A DNA stretch of 64,000 nucleotides from Cladosporium halotolerans (lineage: Eukaryota), in assembly GCF_011745625.1 (NCBI RefSeq), contig NW_027191458.1:682001-746000 (forward strand), given 5' to 3'. A model generated the notes under the pieces. That model saw only the letters and a program-made list of their open reading frames with translations, had not been told where the DNA came from and did not search any database. Each line of letters begins with the position of its first letter. Position 1 is the first letter of the stretch. The translations under genes and the position numbers were made by a program. Shown piece by piece: positions 58,466 to 64,000 of the stretch.

Positions 58466-59975
58466 ATGGCGACGCAGGAGAGTGCGGCTGCCAATGGGCG
58501 CACAGCACAAGTGAAAATTCATCTCAGCTCAAGAAACGAGGATATCCAATTGCCCCAGGACACTGGCGCCATCCTTGTCTCTACAGGTCAGTTTTCTTCG
58601 ATGATGAACGCATGAGAAGACCTTCATCGTCTGCTCATGCCTTCCTCTGCGATGTTTTGCAAACACACCTAGATACTGACATACCAAAGAATTCAAACGT
58701 TACCAACTTTCGACTCTTGTAAATCGCCTTTTGGACACCGACCAGCCTATTCCTCTGGAGTTCCTCGTCAACGGCCAATTTCTTCGCACATCGCTGGACG
58801 ACTTCCTCACTCAAAATGGTATCAGCGCGGAAAGTACCCTCAATGTCGAATATGTGAAAGCTCTCGTCCCTCCTCTTCACGTGGCAAGCTACGAACACGA
58901 CGACTGGGTCTCTTCTGTAGATGTCCTCTCCGCTTCTTCCAACGCTGCCAAATGGGCCGGTAGCGCCTACGACACATCAAGCCAACCTCGAATCCTCTCC
59001 GGATCTTTCGACAGCATTCTGCGTGTATGGGACACAAGCGCAAACATCGTCGCCACAGGCTCCGCTCACACAGCACCCATTAAAGCGGCCAAATTCATTT
59101 CTCCCACCCAGGTCGTCTCATCCGGTGCCGACCGGACCCTCCGTCTCTGGAACTTCACCGACTCGACCCAGCCTGGCGAGCAGGGCTCTCTGACACCCAC
59201 ACTGGAACTCTACGGCCACAAAGCCTCAGTCGACGCCCTCGCCGTCCACGCCCCCTCCTCCCGCATCCTCTCCGCCTCCGCAGACCACACCATCGGCCTG
59301 TGGTCAACAAAGAAGTCCGAAAACCCCGTCGCGCCCGAGAACCTCCTCCCCTCCGCCTCCAACAAGCGCCGCAAGCTCTCGACAAACAGCAAACCCAGCC
59401 CTCAGCGCGGACCCCTCAGCCTCCTCGCCCGGCACACCGCGCAGGTCTCGGACGTCACCTTCGACGCCAAAGACCACACGGTCGCCTACAGCACTTCCTG
59501 GGACCACTCGCTCAAGACCTGGGACCTCACGACCTCCGCCTGCGTCGACTCTCGCTCCACCCCGCAGGCCCTCTTCTCCGTCTGCCACCTGCCGGACACC
59601 TCGCTGATCGCTTGCGGTACCTCCGCGAAGCACATCACGCTGATCGACCCCCGCGCGTCGGCGCAGACTATTTCGGCTATGACGCTGCGCGGACACACGA
59701 ATGCTGTTGTGAGCTTGGCGCGCGACCCTAACTCCAGCTATCAGTTTGTCTCAGGAAGCCATGACGGCACGTGCAGGATTTGGGATCTGCGCAGCGCGCG
59801 CAGCGAGGCGAGCGAGAGGGTTGGCGAGAGCGTGTATGTGATCAACCGCGAGAGCGGCAAGGGCGGTGTTGCGGGTGATGGCGTCAAGGTGTTCGGCGTG
59901 CAGTGGGACGCTGAGGTGGGCGTTGTCAGCGGTGGCGAGGATAAGCAGGTCCAGATCAACAAGGGCCAGCAGTAA
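58466..59975 (+). CDS. YTM1: PeBoW complex WD40 protein Ytm1/WDR12
   Basis: LSTLVNRLL..EFLVNGQFLRTSL, HDDWVSSVD, SWDHSLKTWDL, SGSHDGTCRIWDLRS; intron 58587-58689. Confidence 0.95.
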
Positions 59976-60151
59976 TTCAGGGCATTGGGGAAGCATTTGT
60001 AATAGAATATAGAAGAACGGAACGCATTTCAAAAGCGAAGGACACATCGGAAGTATCGGAGTGATTGATATTTCCACTGTATGCGTTGTTTGACGTATGA
60101 TGCAGATTTCGTGAATCCCCTCTCATTCCTTCCACCCGTGAACAACCCAGC

Positions 60152-61448
60152 CTAATCATACCAAATAGCATTCATGCCGAACCCCGGCTCCTTAATGTCT
60201 AGCCTCGCCACACGGCCCAAGAACTCATCCTTCCACCTGTAGATCTCCACGAACCCCACCTCATCGTCGCACATAGCAATCCACTCATCGCTCCAAGGAC
60301 ACGGGCTGACCGCATTGCTGTGCCCGCCACTCGTCGGCGTCGGGTTCAGACAAATCTGCCTCTCGATCTTGCCGCCCTCGCCGAGCTTGAACGCCGCAAT
60401 GTAGCCCGTGAGTTTGGGCGAGTTGGAGCGCGCGGTGGCGAAAAGGTATTTGCCAGAAGAGGAGGTGAAGACGACGTCGGAGCGGTACATCTTGGGGTAG
60501 AGCTCGCCGTGGCCCGGGGGAATGAGAGGGTAGGAGTCGTTGTTGTAGATGGGTTCGTGGGTGGAGGGGTCGATGGTGTAGGTGCAGAGCCGGTTGCCAG
60601 ATTCCATTAGGGCGTAAAGGGTGCGGGAGTCGGCGGAGAGTTCGACCCAGCGCGGGTGGTCGTTGGAGGCCGGAGCGTCGACGGAGGAGACGAGGGTTAG
60701 TTGGCCGGTTGTTGCATCCTGGTTGGACACTTGTCAGCCGTGGATGTCTCTTGATTGATTGGCAGCGAGAAATGCGTGGAATGAACTTACCTTCTTGTGC
60801 GTCCAGACTTTGTTGGCCCACATGTCGGCAGAGTAGAGGTACTCTTCATCTTTGTCGAAGACCATGCCGTGGATGGCGGTGTTGTCTTGGTAGGGGTAGT
60901 TCTGGACATTCTCCTTGAGGCCACCCTTGTCATCAACGGAGAAAACATTGCCGTATCCTGCAAAGTCGTAGAACGGGTTGCCGTAGACATTGTATGGCGG
61001 CTTGTTGGCTGCAAGAACGAAGATAGCGCGAGTCTTCGTGTCGGCATCATTGGCTTTGGGGTGGCCTCCCATGGGATGAGACGAATGATGCACAATGTCT
61101 GTCGGCGAGTTGACATTGAAAGAGTTCCATTTCTTCATGCCAGCGCCGTAGATAGTCTTTCGGTCGTGTGAGAATGTCATCCAGGAGATGGGCTCATCTT
61201 TAGGAATTTCGGTACGTTTGACGAGTTCGAGAGAGAGCTTCTCGTCATCAAAGGCGACAGTGAAGATGGCGCCTGGTGGCGTCCTGAGATTGTCAGCTTT
61301 TAAGATGAAAACAGTGTCAATGCCTGCTCATAACTTATTGAGCTCTCAAGGAAATCACAATGGCAAACGGTGTAGCAAAAAATCATGAAAGTGAGTATTT
61401 CGAACTCTATTCAACATACCATGTGCCAATCATGAGGTGGTGCTTCAT
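60152..61448 (-). CDS. 3-carboxy-cis,cis-muconate cyclase (beta-propeller lactonase family)
   Basis: MKHHLMIGTWTPPGAIFT, IHGMVFD, HPRW, YRSD, GGHSNAVSPC, GFGMNAIWYD; introns 61284-61419, 60719-60790. Confidence 0.92.
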
Positions 61449-62104
61449 CCTGGCTTGCTGTCTCTGCCAATGGCTGCTAGTATTGTGCAGTTGGAGACGG
61501 ATCGCTCGTAGTGATTGACTCGTCTTGAGCATGTAAAATTACATGCGACTTCGAAGAGGGACATGATGTCTTCACTATGAGGTCCACTCGCTCAAGGGAC
61601 ACCTCGGAGCAATGCTTAGCCACTTCGGCAGCGAGGCGCGGAAGGGAAGTGACAACTTCCTTTTGGCCTGAGAGCCTTGTCTCTGCCTGAGGCTCTTCTC
61701 CACACGACGATCAGCTCTCATCGAGACACCAACCACCTCACCCGCATCGACTGCAGCTCCACGCGGACCAGTCGTTGGCCTGGGCGCACCTGCAGACCGC
61801 ACCACTCCACTCCCTCTCTGCTCTCATGCAGCGCGAAATGCGTGTGGTTGGTCTGGCCATGGACCATGCCCACTCCCTTTTCTCTTCCATCCTCGACACT
61901 GTCGCAACACGCGTTCACCCGTGAACGCATCAGATAGCTTCCGGCCGGCCCAGGAACCGTTTCAGCGCGTAGCTGCGCAATCGTTCAATCGCCATCTTCA
62001 CCGCAAGCGCCTAGCTCCTACGCAGGAGCACATTGCAGCCGAAGCTTAAGTGATTGGCTGCCCTAGCCAGCGCATAGCAACATACATCTTCAGACCCGCA
62101 CAAG

Positions 62105-62689
62105 ATGGGCTTCCTCGACGGCGACTTCTTCGGCGGCAGCTCTTCCACCTACGGCGGTAATACCCGCCACCGCTCACGCTCAGGTACTCGCTCCACGAGT
62201 GGGCGCACATACTACGCTCGCCCTTCGAACTCTCGCAGCAACTCCTACTTCGGCGGCGCAGGCGGGAACTACAGCAGCTCGCGCGGCTTCTTCTCTTCCT
62301 CAGGCAGCGGTGGATCTTCATACTACAAGCGCCGACCGCGCGATGGATACATCCAATACCTCGTACACCGCCTCCAGCGATTGCTGAAAGACCTTTGGCA
62401 ATACTTCCGCAGACATCCCGTCAAGGCTTTCTTCGCGGTCATTGTACCGCTGATCAGCGCCGGTGGAGCCATTGGAGGACTGTTGAAAGGCATGGGAGTC
62501 AGGCTGCCGCCTGGAATGAGCGATGTATTTGGAACTGGAAGCACGTCGCGAGGCGGCGGAGGATACTACGGAAGCCGAGGATATGGAGGGTCAAGCTCTG
62601 GAGGCTTCGGCGACTTCTTCGGCGGAGGCGGAGCTGGGATGATGGACAATGCTGGCAATATTCTCAAGATCGCCAGAATGTTTGTGTGA
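62105..62689 (+). CDS. Gly/Ser/Tyr-rich hypothetical protein
   Basis: 194 aa with good start context; low-complexity arms around YYKRRPRDGYI..RRHPVK and a hydrophobic segment. Confidence 0.72.
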   Translation: MGFLDGDFFGGSSSTYGGNTRHRSRSGTRSTSGRTYYARPSNSRSNSYFGGAGGNYSSSRGFFSSSGSGGSSYYKRRPRDGYIQYLVHRLQRLLKDLWQYFRRHPVKAFFAVIVPLISAGGAIGGLLKGMGVRLPPGMSDVFGTGSTSRGGGGYYGSRGYGGSSSGGFGDFFGGGGAGMMDNAGNILKIARMFV

Positions 62690-63236
62690 GGAGTCGATTG
62701 ATTCCCAGAGACGGCGCGGCTCAAACGGGTCTGCACCAAATGCAAACGCGAGGCGTCTCCTGAACCAGGCGGAGAGTCGGGTCTTGACCGGTGTCTGAGC
62801 GAAGAGCGTGTGGAACGCCCACTGTTCGCGCGGCAAGACTTCACTCTTGCACCCGCACCAGATTATCACCTCTCTTCATGGGTTACAACACAAAGACTTA
62901 AACATAACGATAGAATGGCAGCAACGAACGATCTAGTGGGATTACAGGGACGGCGTTTGGGAGAACTACCTTCGATGGCAAACTGCAAGACCGACGCTCA
63001 CGCGAGGAGGACTTCTTGGGCTCGGTAAACAGAACAAGCATGTGAATGAAGTCATTGACGAACCGCACCTTCCACTTTCGAAGTGAAGCCTGCTGTTGCT
63101 GCGGGCAACATTTCACGAACCTTTGTTGACTCCTACTGACGACACCCGTCTCCGTGAATCTTGTCAACACCTAAGCAACTACCCTCACTCCCACATCCAA
63201 CAAGCCGACGAACATCCACAACTAACCACGGCCAAC

Positions 63237-63977
63237 ATGGATGACCTCTCCCATCTCGAGTACCTCCCCTCAACGCCAGAATTAAATTCTGTGTACCCCA
63301 ACACTCCGTCGCGCCTCGACGAACAACCCGCGACGGCCATCTACCTCAGCTCTTCGTCGAGCGACACCGACTTCGACGACAACAACAACACCCAGAGCCT
63401 TGGGTACCACAAAGCCCAGCACCACAACAACATAACCCTCAGTCCCGCCATCCACCACGGCCTCCCCATGCGCCCTCTATCCCCCGGGGCCCGCCCGCAA
63501 CCCTACCTCCCCTACACCACCTCCAAGCTCCCCACCACCCTCTCCCGCCGAACCATGAGCCCTACACCCCCAAAACCCGCGATCAAAGTCCTCCTAGTTC
63601 TAACCCCGAACCCGGCCAGCGCCCACGAGCACGCCCTCTTCGCGTCCCTCGGCGCGCAGTTCGCCAAAGACTTCAGCCCCAGCAGCAGCAAATGGACCTG
63701 CGTGAGCCTGTACGCGCACTTCCGGGCCTGGGCTGACGAGCACGCCAGCGCTGGAACCGACACCGGAACCGGAACCGGCACCGGAGTCGACATCGGGAGC
63801 ATCCACCCTCTTGCCCTGCGCGCGCGCCTCGAATCCGAGACAGAGGTGCCGTGGCAGCTCGCGCTGCCGGTCCTTCAGGAGCTGATTGATGCGGAAGTGG
63901 CCAAGGGCGCGAGGAAGTTCGTCGTGGTGGGTTTGTCGGGGATGAAGTGGGATGGGGCGGCGAATTTTGGCGAGACG
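63237..63977 (+). CDS. Partial gene (first exon): degenerate uridylate/adenylate-kinase-like protein
   Basis: Stop-free frame from CAACATGG to a GTTTGT donor at 63978; continues past the window end; NMP-kinase-like segment order with no P-loop. Confidence 0.55.
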
Positions 63978-64000
63978 GTTTGTTGTATTCCTTTTTTTTT

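Noticed and set aside
58601..58679. Box C (ATGATGA) and box D (CTGA) pair in the YTM1 intron suggesting a snoRNA
   Set aside because: The CTGA is the intron branch site, there is no terminal stem, and I recognised no rRNA-complementary guide
10348..59975. Apparent clustering of chromatin and ribosome-biogenesis genes (KIN28, SWIB, EAF1, SET1, MAK11, YTM1)
   Set aside because: Interspersed with unrelated housekeeping genes; normal for a core gene-dense region
1008..61419. Introner-like elements among the introns
   Set aside because: No two introns in the window looked similar beyond splice signals; a genome-wide comparison would be needed

Overview
Gene-dense eukaryotic DNA from a filamentous ascomycete; protein sequences and short GT-AG introns with CTRAY-type branch sites suggest a Dothideomycete (inference). 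About 30 protein-coding loci, mostly housekeeping: HIS1, alternative NADH dehydrogenase, BCAT, CDC6, LYAR-type zinc finger, KIN28, FYV4, ZW10/Dsl1, PEX1, UAF30-like SWIB, eIF3b, RAM2, serine dehydratase, EAF1, MAK11, RIB4, SET1, INSIG, YTM1 and carboxymuconate cyclase. No rRNA, tRNA, CRISPR array or intact transposon was recognised. The strongest candidate for novelty is a spliced gene at 36178-38373 (-) that fuses a Mutator-transposase FAR1/HTH DNA-binding module, a Zn2Cys6 cluster and a Ty1/copia Gag-like domain. Other points of interest: a PTH11-like pseudogene with RIP-type mutations, a probable catalytically dead uridylate-kinase-like protein, tandem splice acceptors where the wrong choice creates a stop, frequent AAG acceptors, repeated C-rich to G-rich skew islands, and a speculative telomerase-RNA-like template plus pseudoknot. 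All identifications come from manual translation and motif recognition; no searches were run.
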